This document shows positions 14,145 through 26,815 of a stretch of DNA of 64,000 bases, one piece after another (the first letter of the stretch is position 1; each line of letters opens with the position of its first letter). The notes beneath the pieces were generated by a model. That model saw only the letters and a program-made list of their open reading frames with translations, had not been told where the DNA came from and did no database searches. The position numbers and the translations under genes were made by a program. Source of the DNA: Callorhinchus milii (Eukaryota); NCBI RefSeq assembly GCF_018977255.1, contig NW_024704762.1, positions 7,440,001 through 7,504,000 of the forward strand. Reading direction: 5' to 3'.

Positions 14145-14378
14145 GTTTGGGAGCAAGTAAATCCAAATAGGTTCTCTTCTTTTTTTCTTTGGAAAAAAAT
14201 ATTTTTTTTTAAAAAAAAGAGAGATGAGGAACAAAACAGACACGTTGAGTTCTCGTTGTGCAAAGGAAACAAGTGAGTAACAATCCCCAGTTCGAGAAGA
14301 GAAGAATCCAAAGGGTTTCTGGTGTGAGATCTGAAGCTTTGTATCTTTATCTGTAGTTTGAGTCAAAGCTGCATCTCC

Positions 14379-14556
14379 TTTTATACCTTCCAGACTGTGA
14401 ACGCCCCCTCATTAGAAATTTACCCTGCAATTGGTTAAGGCATTGGTAATGTGTGTTAATTTATGCCTCCCCCCCCCCACACACACACCCACATACACAC
14501 CCACACACATACACACTGTTACATGACTGCCTGTTTTGCCTTGACTGGGAAATTCC
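14379..14556 (-). promoter_or_regulatory. GADD45B core promoter: TATA box, GC box, CCAAT boxes and NF-kB consensus site
   Basis: On the minus strand: TATAAAA at 14379-14385, GGGGGCG at about 14402-14408, CCAAT at about 14430-14434 and 14442-14446. GGGAAATTCC at 14547-14556. All lie 235-410 nt upstream of the ATG. Confidence 0.7.
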
Positions 14557-16743
14557 TTGTTTCTCTCTTTTTTTTCTTTTTTCGCAGAATCATCTTGGCC
14601 GGTGGGGTGAAGTTGGTGGTAGGGGAAGGTTTGCAGCTCGCGATACTGACTGAGCAGATAAACCTCCCCCACGCAGCCTTGCCAGTCCGGTCCCTGCAAA
14701 TAACCCAATGGTTGTAATAATCTGTAATTGCATTTGATATCATTACGCCTCATCGCGTCTTCGGGACGTCTCAAAGCGACTGTGCATTTTGTGGGCAAAC
14801 CGCGGCAGCCGATTGCGCACAACGGCGTCCCGCAAACAGTCGTGGGTTGAGTGACCAAATTGTAGTGATTATAATAGTCGTCCTTACGTTTCATACAGTG
14901 CCTTTCATGTCGGAGGGACACATCAAAGCGCTTCACAGGGATGTGCTGTAAAGTGTAGTGACTGGTGTTTTACAGGCTTAAGTTTGGGATGTGGTTTAAA
15001 TGGCTTTCAAACATCCCAACCCACCTTCCCCCCCCCCAAAAAAAAACAACAACTATCTCCTTTGTGCTGATTCTAAGTGAGCCAGATTTTGTCTGGCAAG
15101 GCAGCAGCCAAAATGTCCTTTCTGCAACCCTAAACTGGAATGGTTGCTATCTGTATTGGGAATTTGAATGAGTGCTTTGCATTGGATTGCACAGATATTA
15201 CCGCAGGGGAACATCCAGGCAGTGTTATTTTCCAGAATGTAACCTTGACTCGAAGCCACGCACATATTTTTAAACATTAAATAATGTTCCAAGATCCCCA
15301 AACCCATTCAGAAAGTTTTTTTTCTTCTCTCTCTCTCTCCCTTTGCGTTGATTGAACGAGACTGATAGCAGTGAGTCGATGTAAGTAGGAATAAACAGTA
15401 GCAATAATTCGCTGGGGGCTTTGATATTAAGGGGAAAGTAGGTGAAACTAAAATATTAAAACTTTTGCAATCGTTTCCTGGCAGGAGCCAGATACTTTTG
15501 CTACCTGTGGTACAAAGCGGTACTGGATGTACTTCAACCCTTTAACAGTACACAGTGTATGTTTGTTTGTTTCAGAAAGAAAAAACACAATGAGCTCGAA
15601 AAATAATCATTGGCTGTTTCTTTTATTCACAGCAGCTCTGGGTTCGGGTAAACTCCATCTGCTGTAGTATCTTAGAATCGCATCTGCCACATAAACAGAA
15701 ACACATGCAAAGGACATTTCTTTTAAAAAGTTTGCAGGGAAGGGAATTATCCTTTCTGCAAAATCTACAGGGAGGGAAGGGAGAGGGAGGGAGAATAATT
15801 GGAATGACTTTAGTCAGAAAGGGAGTTATGTTTTTTTTTCTATGGTTTCGCCCACAAACCACACAGTCGATTCCCTTTACAAATATATTCTGCGAAGTGC
15901 CTTTGAGACGTCTCAACGCCGTGATAATGCACTATATCAAATGCAAGGATTATTATTATTATTATCGTGAACTCCCCATGTTGGCATTTGAATAAGCGGC
16001 TCTGTAATGCACACTGTCACATGTTGCACACTGTATGTTTACAACTTAAGTTACAAGTATAGGGTATCCTTACCCTTTAAAGTGTAAATCTGTAGGGGGC
16101 TAAATCACACAAAAGTTTCTGAAAGTTCCCACAGGAAATCTGACAAATTCCTATCATCTGTTGTATTTCTGATCTTGCACACAATTTAATTTACATCTTG
16201 TATTATATATCGTCCTGTTGCATATATATTGTATATATATTTATATAGCAAATGTTCTGCGCATTTTTGTAATCTGTAATAGGGCGAAACCTTGGGCAAG
16301 TTTCCTTACTCCACACAGAGCCTAATAATAATCCCTCCAAAGAAAAACAATAATAAATTGGTCATTTTCAATCTACGACTGTTTGTGGGACATTGCTGTG
16401 CGCAATTGGCTGCTGCGTTCGCCCACAAAATATACAGTCAATTCACTCTACAGTATATTCTGTGAAGCGCTTTGGGACGTCTAGAAGACATGAAAAGCGC
16501 TATATCAAGTGCAAGGATTATTATTATATTTATCTGTTATAATATATTCTGTGTACATATCTGTTACCGATATTCCGCATCTAGGTGTTCATTGTGCGCA
16601 AGGACTGTATATAAAAAAACTGTTTAGGTTTCACAGAGAACTCACAAGAAGCTCCAATAGCCGTTAAAGTGTTTGGACTCAGTTATAAACAAATTTCATA
16701 AGTCAATACAGTACAAAGGGAAACCGAAAACACGTATCAAACG

Positions 16744-16757
16744 CCGCCCCCTACTGG
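16744..16757 (-). promoter_or_regulatory. CTCF consensus site
   Basis: Minus strand CCAGTAGGGGGCGG fits CCASYAGRKGGCRS at every position. Confidence 0.55.
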
Positions 16758-17294
16758 TCGAGGTCAACATTTGTCCCGCTATCAGCTCGTTGGTTCCATC
16801 TGGGGGTAAAGGGAAGAAAACCCCAAGGTTCTGGGTCACTGTTAGGGAAGCAGAGCGATGCGTTTTCTCAGGTGAATTTACCTGGAGGTGCGCTCAGATG
16901 TCTGCAACTCCATTCCGCGGCCAAAAGCATAGTTAGTGCAGAAGCGCAAATTGCCTGCGCCCACAGACAACCGCAACAACTTGCACTTAAGTAGCAGAGG
17001 AGCGTCCCAAAGTGCTTGAACCTTGGCAGAGCGTGCACGACGCCAAGCTGAGGGGGGGGGGATTGTAGGCATGGTTGAAGAGGAACGACCTGAAGATGGG
17101 GAAGGAGTGAGCAAGGCAGAGGGATACAGGGAGAGTAGGCAGTTTATATACAGGGTATACACTCTACAGAAACATTATGAAGCACTTTGAGATAATTCCT
17201 GACATTTATAGTTAAATGCAAGGATTGTTATTTTATTTTGCACTGCAGCAATAATGGTGTCTTATTCCCCCCACCCTCCTCCCTCCAAATCCCA

Positions 17295-17590
17295 GAGGTA
17301 TCAAGGCCAATCGAAGCACCCTTACTGCTGTTCCTACTGAGAGCAAGCTAAAAGAATCGTACTTGTAATTAATGAAAGAGAGGAAGCAGCAATGCGTAAG
17401 ATACCGGAACATACTATCAAAGAAGATTTCAAAATTATTTGGGGTCAGAAGGTACATATCGTGTGGCTTCCTGAAGGGTAGGCTGTGCTGAACCAATGCC
17501 TTGGAGCGTGTGGAGATAGTCCGGGTGAAGGTAATGTGGCTGATATCAAATATCTTGAATTTCACAGGCATTTTACAAAGTCCTTGACTG
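17295..17590 (+). mobile_element. Old, highly decayed CR1 LINE RT fragment
   Basis: Frameshifted remnants GFLKGRLC*TNALE and EGNVADIKYLEFHRHFTKS resemble the CR1 motifs HGFxKGRSCLTNLLE and GxxVDVIYLDFxKAFDKV. Confidence 0.6.
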
Positions 17591-20487
17591 ATAATAACTG
17601 TGTTCACTTCAGTTCCACCCTCCTGTAAACACAGGAAACTGTTGATAAACAGTCAAAGATGGTCAGCTTGTCTAATGGCTCAGTAGGTATGGTGTGCCAC
17701 TGGCCTAAAGTTTCCTGCCTTGGTTCCTAGGTGGCATAATAATAATAATAATCCTTGTATTTGATACAGCGCTTTATCACATAGTTGAGGCGTCTCAAAG
17801 CGCTTCACAGAATACACTGTAAAGTGAATTGACTGCATATTTTGTGGACAAAATGTATCAACCACATGCTCAATTAAAGCAACAGGCAGGAGTGATAGTC
17901 ACTGCAGTTTAAACATTAAGGTTTATGTTTTTATTTTGAGATGCATGAAATACTTTGTGCATCTGGATTCGTTTTCAATTTGACTCAATAATAACGCGGT
18001 TCTATCGCTCCTTCCTCTAGCAGCAATTGACCGGTTGGAGACCCCAGGTTTAATTTAGGCCATTGTTGGACAGGTTAGTTTTACCCTATTATATTGTATT
18101 TTTTTGTGTTGTATTGTATTGAAGCTTTCTTCTATTCTTGTTATCTGTGTAATTTACAAGCAGCAAACAGCACCACCTCATAGCCAGATGGTAGTACTGC
18201 AGCCAAATGTCCTGTTGTTTTTGATCAGCCAGGGTTTGGCACACATGGAAACCCATCACCAACCCATCACCACGCTTAGCAGTATCCCAACCAGTTACTG
18301 AAAGTTGTACATATTCATTGATATGTTGGGAGCGAGTGGGATTCAATTCAATTCAATTGATCAGACTGCTCCTTCCAGGCTTGCTGCCGAGCCAGGCTGG
18401 TTGGTCCTTCATTAACAGTGCCTTATGCCTTGCCGTACGTACTGTACACTGCCTGGTTCAGGAACCAGACCACCTCGGAGACTTGCCTTGATTCCACTAT
18501 TCCATTGCCAGGCATGATTATCTTTAGCCAGCTCATCCCAGCCACATAGAGACACCTCTCCCTAAAACCCAGGACGTAGTGAGCGCTAATGATTCCCCTA
18601 CAGTCTGAGTTAGTTGCCTCAAACCAGCAACATTTAGATCGCGATACCCTGTCTGACTGATTTGCTCTAACCTTTGCTCAGGTGTGACAATTGTAGCCCC
18701 GAACGGCTGCTTACAGCTGAGATGTGTAATTCTTAACATGAGGGAATGAAACAAAAACAACTTGCATTTTTAGGTGTTTTTTGCCCCCAAAATATGCAGT
18801 CAATTCACTTTGAAGTATATTCTGCGAAGGGCTTTGAGACATCTCGAAGACGTGATAACAACAACAAAATTACATTTGTATAGTGCCTTTCACGTCCTAA
18901 GGACATCCCAAGCCACTGAGGTGCTACATCAAATGCAAGGATTATTATATTTATTAGCAGGACCACAGGCCTCACCACAGGTGAAAGCTGGAAAGAAAAC
19001 TTATTTTTTGACCATAATCACTGTAATTGTTCTGTTTTTCTACATGCTGAAGATAAGTGATTCAGGTCCAGGTGACTGAGAGGAAGGACAGACTGTTTCT
19101 CGGATACAAGGTCATTAGTGTTGTATTAGCTGTTGCTAGAAACGCTGTATTTTTATTTTCTGCTTGCAAAACAAGTAGTCACCAAGCCTCGACTGGCTAA
19201 GAGCTGGACTGCTTAGAAGCCACCAATGTTATTTCCCCCCCCCCCCCCCTTTGTATCTCCAGTGTTTGCCTCTTTTTTCCTTTCACCAGGGCAAGGATCT
19301 AAGGGTCCCATCTTGTGTCTCAACAAGTGTATCATCTTCCTGTGTGAGTCGCAGAAATCAGGTCCTGTTCAACTGTTCAGGTGGAGGTTGAGGATCCCGT
19401 GGGCTCGATTGGAAAAGAAAAGGGAGTTTCCTCTGGTGTCCCGCCGACAATTCTCCAGGTACCTCATTCCTTCTCATCTGTTTGTGGGACACTGCTGGGC
19501 CATATTTGCCCACAAATACACAGTCACTACACGTCACAGAAACCTCTGTGAAGCCCTCCGAGATGTTTTGATGACGTGTTAAGGCGCAGTATCAAATGCT
19601 GGGATAATTATTATTATTATGTATCTGTTTGGCTCAGTCTCACTAGGGATTTTACCTAAGTCGGGGGGATTTCATTTTATTTCCAAAGGGAGAATGAATT
19701 AAATTCATAGCTTGGAAGAGCTGAAGGTCCATACAGATTAGGAAGGTCCCAGGTTACAATCCACAGGACATGTTTCATTTGCTCATCTTAACTAGGGCAC
19801 TAGTCAGGGGTACAAATTGGTCATAGTGTCCTTAAGAGCAAATCAGTCAGATCCCTATCCACTGATTCACTGAGGAGGAAAGTGTGAGTGTGGGCTGTGT
19901 TTGTGAACAAATTGTCTCTGATGTCCTCCTCTGTCAAACAGGATCAACAGCAACAACTTGCATTTAGAAAGAGTCCTTCACCCGGGGTAGTATCTTGGAG
20001 CACTTGACAGTGTCGGAGTCTGACCTCAAGCCAGGCAGAGAGGGAGAAGGGAGATGCCAAAATCACCTGCACCCCAACCCAAGTCAGCACCGCACCTTCA
20101 TGATAACAGGCAGAGTCCTAACATTGCACTTGAATCCATATCTTCTGACCTGGTAGTTACAACACATCCATTTTTTGCAGTATACAGTATATGTATCTGC
20201 TTTATTATTCGGCCTCGAGATAGGATGCTGCGCCGTTTGCTGAGGTTGGCAGCACAGAACTATATGAACATTCCTGGCGTATGTTCGCTGTGTTCCTTGT
20301 TCTGGCAGCTTGTGCAGTTTAAAATCTAGAAACACAAAACGTTTTGAAATGTTCAGATAAATTATTCTATGAATGTATTTGAGCAACAACCATTTAATAC
20401 TGCTGACTGATAAAGGATTTCACCATCTGACAGTATTGTATGTCTGTCTGTCTATGTATGTAGGTATGTATCTTTGTGAGTGAGAGC

Positions 20488-20836
20488 CACAATTGCAGTA
20501 GTTAGTAGCATTTGAAGGCTGTTGAAACCTGATATTCTTGTTCCATTTAGTGTATCAATAATAATATGACTAAAAGAGTCTGTAAGTCCTCTCTGGATTT
20601 TAAAGACCAGACCCTCCATACAAACTTCATACAAAGGCATCCTTTATAGCACAATGTGTTGATACCCAAAGACAACCTGACAGTGTTAATTAAACAAGCC
20701 CAGATTGTTGTGTACAGAGCGACCACCACCGACCAGAAGCAATACAACATCATGTTTCAGAGAACAGATCATTATTGCTTTCTAAGTACTCTGAACTCTA
20801 TGCTTATTTTACACTGAAGGGAATTTGTACAAAAGA
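20488..20836 (+). pseudogene. Decayed duplicate of semaphorin exon 10 (pseudo-exon 20551-20767) with flanking intron sequence
   Basis: Aligns by eye with 35482-35824. Translates CINNNMTKRVCKSSLDFKDQTLHTNFIQRHPL*HNVLIPKDNLTVLIKQAQIVVYRATTTDQKQYNIMFQRT; in-frame TAG at 20647-20649; donor GT replaced by AT. Confidence 0.9.
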
Positions 20837-20897
20837 ATTTCATGCAAACATATGGGAGGGCGAGGGGGGTGGGATGGGTGCCAATGTGAACTGTGTC

Positions 20898-23345
20898 TAA
20901 GACCATAAGATGCAGGAGCAGGAGTAGGCCATTTGGCCCCTCGAGCCTGTCCCGCCATTTAATAAGATCATGGCTGATCTTCTAACCTAATTCCATTTAC
21001 CTGCCCAATCTCCATATCCCTTAATCCCTCTATCCTTTAGAAATCTATCAACCTCAGTCCTGCATATATTCAAGGACTGAGCATCTACATCCTTCTGGGG
21101 TAGAGAATTCCATAAACTCACTACTCTTTGAGTGAAGAAGTGTTTCCTCAACTCTGTTCGGAAGGGCTGTCCCTTAATCTTTAATTCTAGATTCTCCTAC
21201 CAGGGGAAATAGTCTTGCACTGTCTACTCTATCAAACCCCATAAGAATCTTATATGTTTCTAGAAGATCACCCCTAATTCTTCTATATTCTAGAGAATAT
21301 AGGCCTAGTTTGCTCAACCTATCCTCCTAGGTCAAACCCCTCATCCCAGGAACTAACTTAGTGAATCTACACTGCACCCCCTCTAAGGCGAGTGTGTCCT
21401 TTCTTAAATAAGGAGACCAAAACTGCACGTAATATTCTAGGTGCTGTCTCACCAAGACCTTATACAATTGCAGCAAGACTTCCCTACTCTTGTATTCTAA
21501 CCCTTTTGCAATAAACGCCAACATGCCATTAGCCTTCCTAGTTGCTTGCTGTACCTGCAAACTAACTTTTTGTGACCTGTGTACAAGGACACTCAAATCC
21601 CTCTGAACACTAACACTATCTAGTCTCTCCCCTTCTAGAAAATAATCTGCTTTTCTGTTTTTACTACCTAGGTGAATAATTTAATTCTTCCCCACATTAT
21701 ATTCCATCTGTCACCTTCTTGCCCACTCACCTAGCCTATCTATATCCCTTTGCAATCTTTTTGTGTCATCCTCAGAGCTTGCTCTCCTACCTAGCTTAGT
21801 ACCATCCGAGAATTTAGATATTTTAAGTTCTATGTCCTCGTCCAGATCATTGATATAGATTATAAATATTTGAGGCCAAGCACTGATCCTTGTGGCACTC
21901 CACTCATCACATCCCACCAATCTGAGAAGGACCCATTTATCCCTACTCTCTGTTTTCTTCCCGTTAGCCACTCTTCGATCCATGCTAATACATTGCCTTT
22001 AGTTCCATGTGCCCTAATCTTGTGTAGCAGCCTTTTATGTGGCACTTTGTCGAATGCCTTCTGAAAATCTAAATATACTACATCTACTGGTTTCCCCCCT
22101 ATCTAATCTGCTAGTTACATCCTCAAAAAACTCTAAAAGATTTGTTAAGCATGACTTCCCTTTTGTAAAGCCATGTTGACTCTGCCTAATCATATTATGG
22201 TCCTAAGTACCCCACTACAACGTCCCTAATTAAGGATTCTAGAATTTTCCCTACCACCAAGGTCAGACTGACTGGTCTATAATTCGCCATCTTCTCTCTC
22301 CCACCCTTCCTAAATAGTGGTGTTACGTTTGCGACCTTCCAATCAATGGGAACCATTCCAGAATCCAAGATCAATTTTGCAAGATCAAAAACAAAGCATC
22401 TGCTATCTCTACAACCACCTCTTTTAAAACCCGAGGATGCAGGCCATCAGGTCCAGGGGGATTTATTGTTTTTTAATCCTATCAATGTTTCTAGTACTAT
22501 TGCTTTACTAATGTTCATTTCTTTACGTTCCTCACTAATATTAGCCTTCAGATTCCCCTCTATTTTCGGTAAGTTTTCAGTGTCCTCTAACGTGACGACA
22601 GAAGCAAAATAATCATTTAATGACTCTGCCATTTCTTTATTCCCCATTGTAATTTATCCTGTCTCTGCCTGCAATGGACCCACATTCACTTTTGGTAGTC
22701 TCTTTCTCTTTATGTGCTTGTAAAAACTCTTACAATCTGTCTTTATGTTCCTAGCTAGTTTACTCTCATATTCCATTTTCTCCCTCTTAATCAGTTTCTT
22801 GGTTTTCCTTTGATGTTCTTTAAAGCCCTGCCAGTCCTCAGGTTTACTGCTCTTTTTGGCAGTATTATAGGACTTTTTTTNAATTTTATACTTTCCCTAA
22901 CTTCTCTAGTTAGCCAAGGTTGAACCACTTTTCCCGTGTTTTTTTCCAATGGAATATGTGATCACTGGGAATTATGTATTATATCTTTAAACGCTTGTCA
23001 TTGCTGGTCTACCGTCATATTTTTAAATCTAATTTCCTAGTCTATTTTAGCCAAATCTTCTCTCATACGACAAAATTCAACAACAACAAAATTACATTTA
23101 TAGAGCGCCTTTGACGTCGGGAGGATGTCCCAAAGCACTGGAGGGATCATGTCCAAATTACTTGGAGGGATCATACCTGCAAAGTTGGCTTTATTTAGAT
23201 TTAAAACCCTGGCTTCAGATTCAACCATATTACTCTCTAACTTAATGTTAAATTCCATCATGTAAGAGTCACTCTGCCCTAGAGGAGCCTTAGCTTTCAG
23301 ATTACTGATTAGCCCTATTTCACTACACAAGACAAGATGCAGGAT
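20898..23345 (-). mobile_element. 5'-truncated, frameshifted CR1-clade LINE (ORF2 RT region plus 3' tail)
   Basis: Minus-strand peptides VPHKRLLHKIRAHG..W..SGVPQGSVLG, YINDLDEDIELKISKFSDGTKLG and LYKVLVRQHLEYYVQFWSPYLRKD are typical of CR1 ORF2. A shark CR1-type 3' end (..ggcctactcctgctcct..tcttatggtctta) is at about 20900. Confidence 0.92.
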
Positions 23346-24364
23346 AGTGTTTGTGAATAAATCTTCTGTCACATCCTCCTCTGTCACGTAGGCTCACAGT
23401 TGTCCAAAGCACCTGGGTCGTGGCGATGCACCACATCCGAAATCAGCACCTTCAAGAGAACAGGAGGAGAAATAAGATAATAATAATAATAATCTTTGCA
23501 TTTGATATAGCTAACACCTTATCACATAGTTGAGACATCTCAAAGCGCTTCACAGAACATACTGTGAAGTGAATTGACTGCATACTTTGTGGGCAAAACG
23601 CGGCAGCCAGTCACGCACAACAACAACAACTTGGATATATATATATATTTGTGTGTATATATATATATTTATGTGCACACAGCAGTGGCCCACAAACAGT
23701 TGTGGATTGAGCGATCAAATTATTATTATTATTACTTGGAGGGATTATTACCCCCGGAAAAGCTTCACAACAACTCGTGCTCACGCAGAGCCACTTGCAA
23801 TGCATGCAAGTCTCAGAGCTGTATTGACATTACAACAAATGGCCTTCACATGTTTTACCCACAGTACGATCAGCCTTGTTGATAAAGCAAATCCAACAGA
23901 TACTCACTGCTGCAAATCAGATTAAACCTGCTCCCTTTTCAGCTGCTTTTAGTCAAAATACCAAAGTCTCTGCTTTCTCCCTGTCATCTCACAAGCTGTG
24001 TATTTAAATTTTCTCCCCTCCCTCCGTCCCTCACACACAAAAACAATGAGTGTGTCATGAATGAGAGTAAATGTATCTCGCTTTATAATTTACTCATGTC
24101 AAATTAAACGAAGTTAGTTCTGTTTAAAAATAATCAATCTCCAATGTTTTACCACTGTCTCTTAGTTTTGGGAATAAGTGGTTTACTTCACACTAATTTG
24201 TTTTTTCCCCTATTTAAAGGTTGTATAACTCCTGCTGCTGTGGTTATAGACAGGGATAGAGAGAAAAACAGAAAGCAAGAGAGAGCACACTGGGCACGTG
24301 TTGGAACACATATTGCTCCTCAGAGAATTTAACATTAGCTCCACACGTGGCAATGTGTGTCAGA

Positions 24365-24805
24365 CTGGCTAGGTTGCAAGCACTCTTGCCTCTGATTCAG
24401 AAGATTGTGGGTTCAAGCCCCACATCAGCTTCGAACTCACACAGTCTAAGCTGCCACTCCAATGCAGTGCTGGGGTGGGTGTTGCATTGTCAGAGGTGCC
24501 GTCCTTCGGATGAGATGATAAACCGAGCCCCTGCCCAGTCTGGCTGTTCAGGTGGACATTGAAGATCCCACATCACTACTCGAAAAGAGAAAGAGTTTCT
24601 CCTAGTGTTCTGGCCAACAATCCCCCAAATAAAATTGATCATTCACTTCATGGCTGTTTGTGGGACAATGCTGGGCGCAAACTGGCCGCTGGGTTCACCC
24701 ACAAACTACGAAGTCACGGCACTTTACTTCTATATCCTATCAAGCACTTTGGGATGTCCTCATGCTGTGAAAGGCGCTAAACCAAATGTGAGGATTATTA
24801 CTATT
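24365..24805 (+). mobile_element. Older DeuSINE (SacSINE1/AmnSINE1-like) with Deu central domain
   Basis: Contains gtgccgtccttcggatgagatgataaaccgag...caggtggacattgaagatccca...gtgttctggccaa, which resembles the Deu-domain consensus as recalled. Partial copies lie at about 19360-19620, 52060-52570 (minus) and 58410-58705 (minus). Confidence 0.75.
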
Positions 24806-25986
24806 ATGAATGGATACCCGCCGTGACATTGGCTGAAACAGAACCTTGTTACACAAGGAACCCTTGGGGTCGGAGGAGGGAATTTGCCTAACACATAGTT
24901 TTTATCAACTGTATATTACCAATAAAGGAGTAATAAAAAATTGCAATTTTTTTAGCAATAGTCGTGAGATAGGCTCCCAGTGACAGTCAGTCTCCCTTCA
25001 AATCTTTCTGTTACTACTACTAAGGTAGGTACCTACAGCCCTTCTGTTACCCATTCATTACAAGTAAAATGATTATTCATTTAGTCTTAAGTGCACTTAA
25101 ACAGGCAGGTGCTGAACTCAGTCCCTGGTCTGTGCTAAATTAGCTAATCTCAGAGAAGGTAATCTTAAATTTTATGACCGAATTGTCCCAAGGCTAAAAC
25201 AAAGAGTAATTTCAGGCTGCCAAGGTCATATAATTAATTAATCGCTGCAATGATCCACTCTCCTGAAAGTGTGGGTATAAGTGCTTGAATGTCAACATCT
25301 TGTATCCAACACTTCATTGGAGAGCAGATGGAGCCACAGACGTTAATATTAAAGCAAATATAGTAACATGGGCTCATTCATCATTCATCTTTCACAAGGA
25401 CAGGTTGTTTGTGGCTCCTCTCACAGTAGCCTGACATGGTATCTATCCATTTAGTAGCAATGACAACCAACACAAACACATTGAGTGGCTTTGAAGCAAC
25501 CCCAAACCTCAGTCTTATCTGGGAACAATCAGAAGGTTATTAATCCTTCACTGCATCACCTTGTCATTGAACCCTGTGGTGTCTGAGGCAGGTTAGATTT
25601 AACTCTTTGTGCACTCAATGTCTTCTGCAGCTTTTCTGTTTGTGAGTATTTTTCCTAAACTACAACATGATGTGAAATTGGTTGGCATGGATTATTGGAT
25701 TTTGTGGTTAAGATCCTGCCTCACCTGATCTGGTATTCCAGCTGTTTAATAGTCACTGGGGACATGAAAGGTTTGTCTTCAACTTCTCTTGTTGGGACCC
25801 TGCATTACATTTACACTGAAATTCAACCCAAGTGTCAGTGCATGAATCATCCAATACTGCTGTCTGTCCTTTGTGGAATGTGGATTCTTTTGTAGGTATT
25901 GCAATAAACTCATATACAAAATAATGAGCCTGTCCATTGAGAAAAGGATTGAACAGCAGGGTGTGCAGTGTTGGGGAAATTGTAAT

Positions 25987-26277
25987 GAGTTGGATGGCAT
26001 TTGAGTAAAGTTGGAGTTGGATGGAGTTTAGATGGGAGTTTAGATGAAGTTGGATGGAGTTTGGATGGAGTTGGATGGAATTTAAATGGAGTTGGATGGA
26101 GTTTAGATGAAGTTGGATGGAGTTTAGATGAAGTTGGATGGAGTTTAGATGAAGTTGGATGGAGTTGGATGGAGTTGGATGGAGTGGATGGAATTTGGAT
26201 GGAGTTGGATGGAGTTTGGATGGAGTTGGATTGAATTTAGATGAAGTTGGTTGGAGTTCAGATGAAGTTGGATGGAA
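25987..26277. repeat. 10-bp tandem repeat (GGAGTTGGAT / GAAGTTGGAT / GGAGTTTAGAT variants)
   Basis: Directly visible tandem array. Confidence 0.95.
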
Positions 26278-26284
26278 TCAGTGG

Positions 26285-26392
26285 GAGCTGGAGCCGCGCG
26301 TGCGCAGTTGTGTGGTGGCGGGGAGGGAGGGCGGGGCTTCTGCGCGCGCACGACGGTTGCTGTGTGGGAGGAGTCGCGACTGAGAGTGAGAG
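26285..26392 (+). promoter_or_regulatory. Small CpG-rich promoter and probable non-coding first exon of the semaphorin gene
   Basis: NRF1-like GCGCGTGCGCA at 26296-26306, GC box GGGCGGGG at 26329-26336, a CpG cluster, and donor AGA|GTGAGA at 26386. The first coding exon has acceptor AGs at 29093-29094 and 29100-29101. Confidence 0.5.
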
Positions 26393-26464
26393 GGGTGTTG
26401 GGGGGGGGGGGATGGTTCCCATGGCACTACCCCTTGGTCCGGGGCTGGAGAGGTGGGGGTGGGG

Positions 26465-26815
26465 ACTGTTGATGGGTGGTAGGAGTGTTGATGGGTGGGG
26501 GGGGGCTGTTGATGGGTGGGGGGGGGGTGTTGATGGGTGGGGGGGGTGTTGATGGGTGGGTGGGTGGGGGGTGTTGATGGGTGGTGGGGGGTGTTGATGG
26601 GTGGGGGGGGTGTTGATGGGTGGGGGGGGTGTTGATGGGTGGGGGGGGTGTTGATGGGTGGGGGGGGTGTTGATGGGTGGGGGGGTGTTGATGGGTGGGG
26701 GGGTTGATGGGGGGGGTGTTGATGGGTGGGTGGGGGGTGTTGATGGGTGGCGGGGGGTGTTGATGGGTGGGGGGGGTATTGTTGATGGGTGGGTGGGGGG
26801 TGTTGATTGGTGGTG
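26465..26815. repeat. G-rich minisatellite (GGGGGGTGTTGATGGGT)n
   Basis: Directly visible 17-22 bp units. Confidence 0.95.

Noticed and set aside
17233-17607. 124-aa minus-strand ORF with plausible splice sites
   Set aside because: The plus strand carries decayed CR1 reverse-transcriptase motifs; the ORF is incidental antisense.
20488-20900. Pseudo-exon as a 3' transduction by the adjacent CR1
   Set aside because: No source CR1 lies next to the parent exon 10, and the CR1 ends in its own normal tail before the relic.
25987-26277. CRISPR-like or coding repeat (MELDGV repeats)
   Set aside because: It is a simple tandem 10-mer with no unique spacers, in a eukaryotic context.
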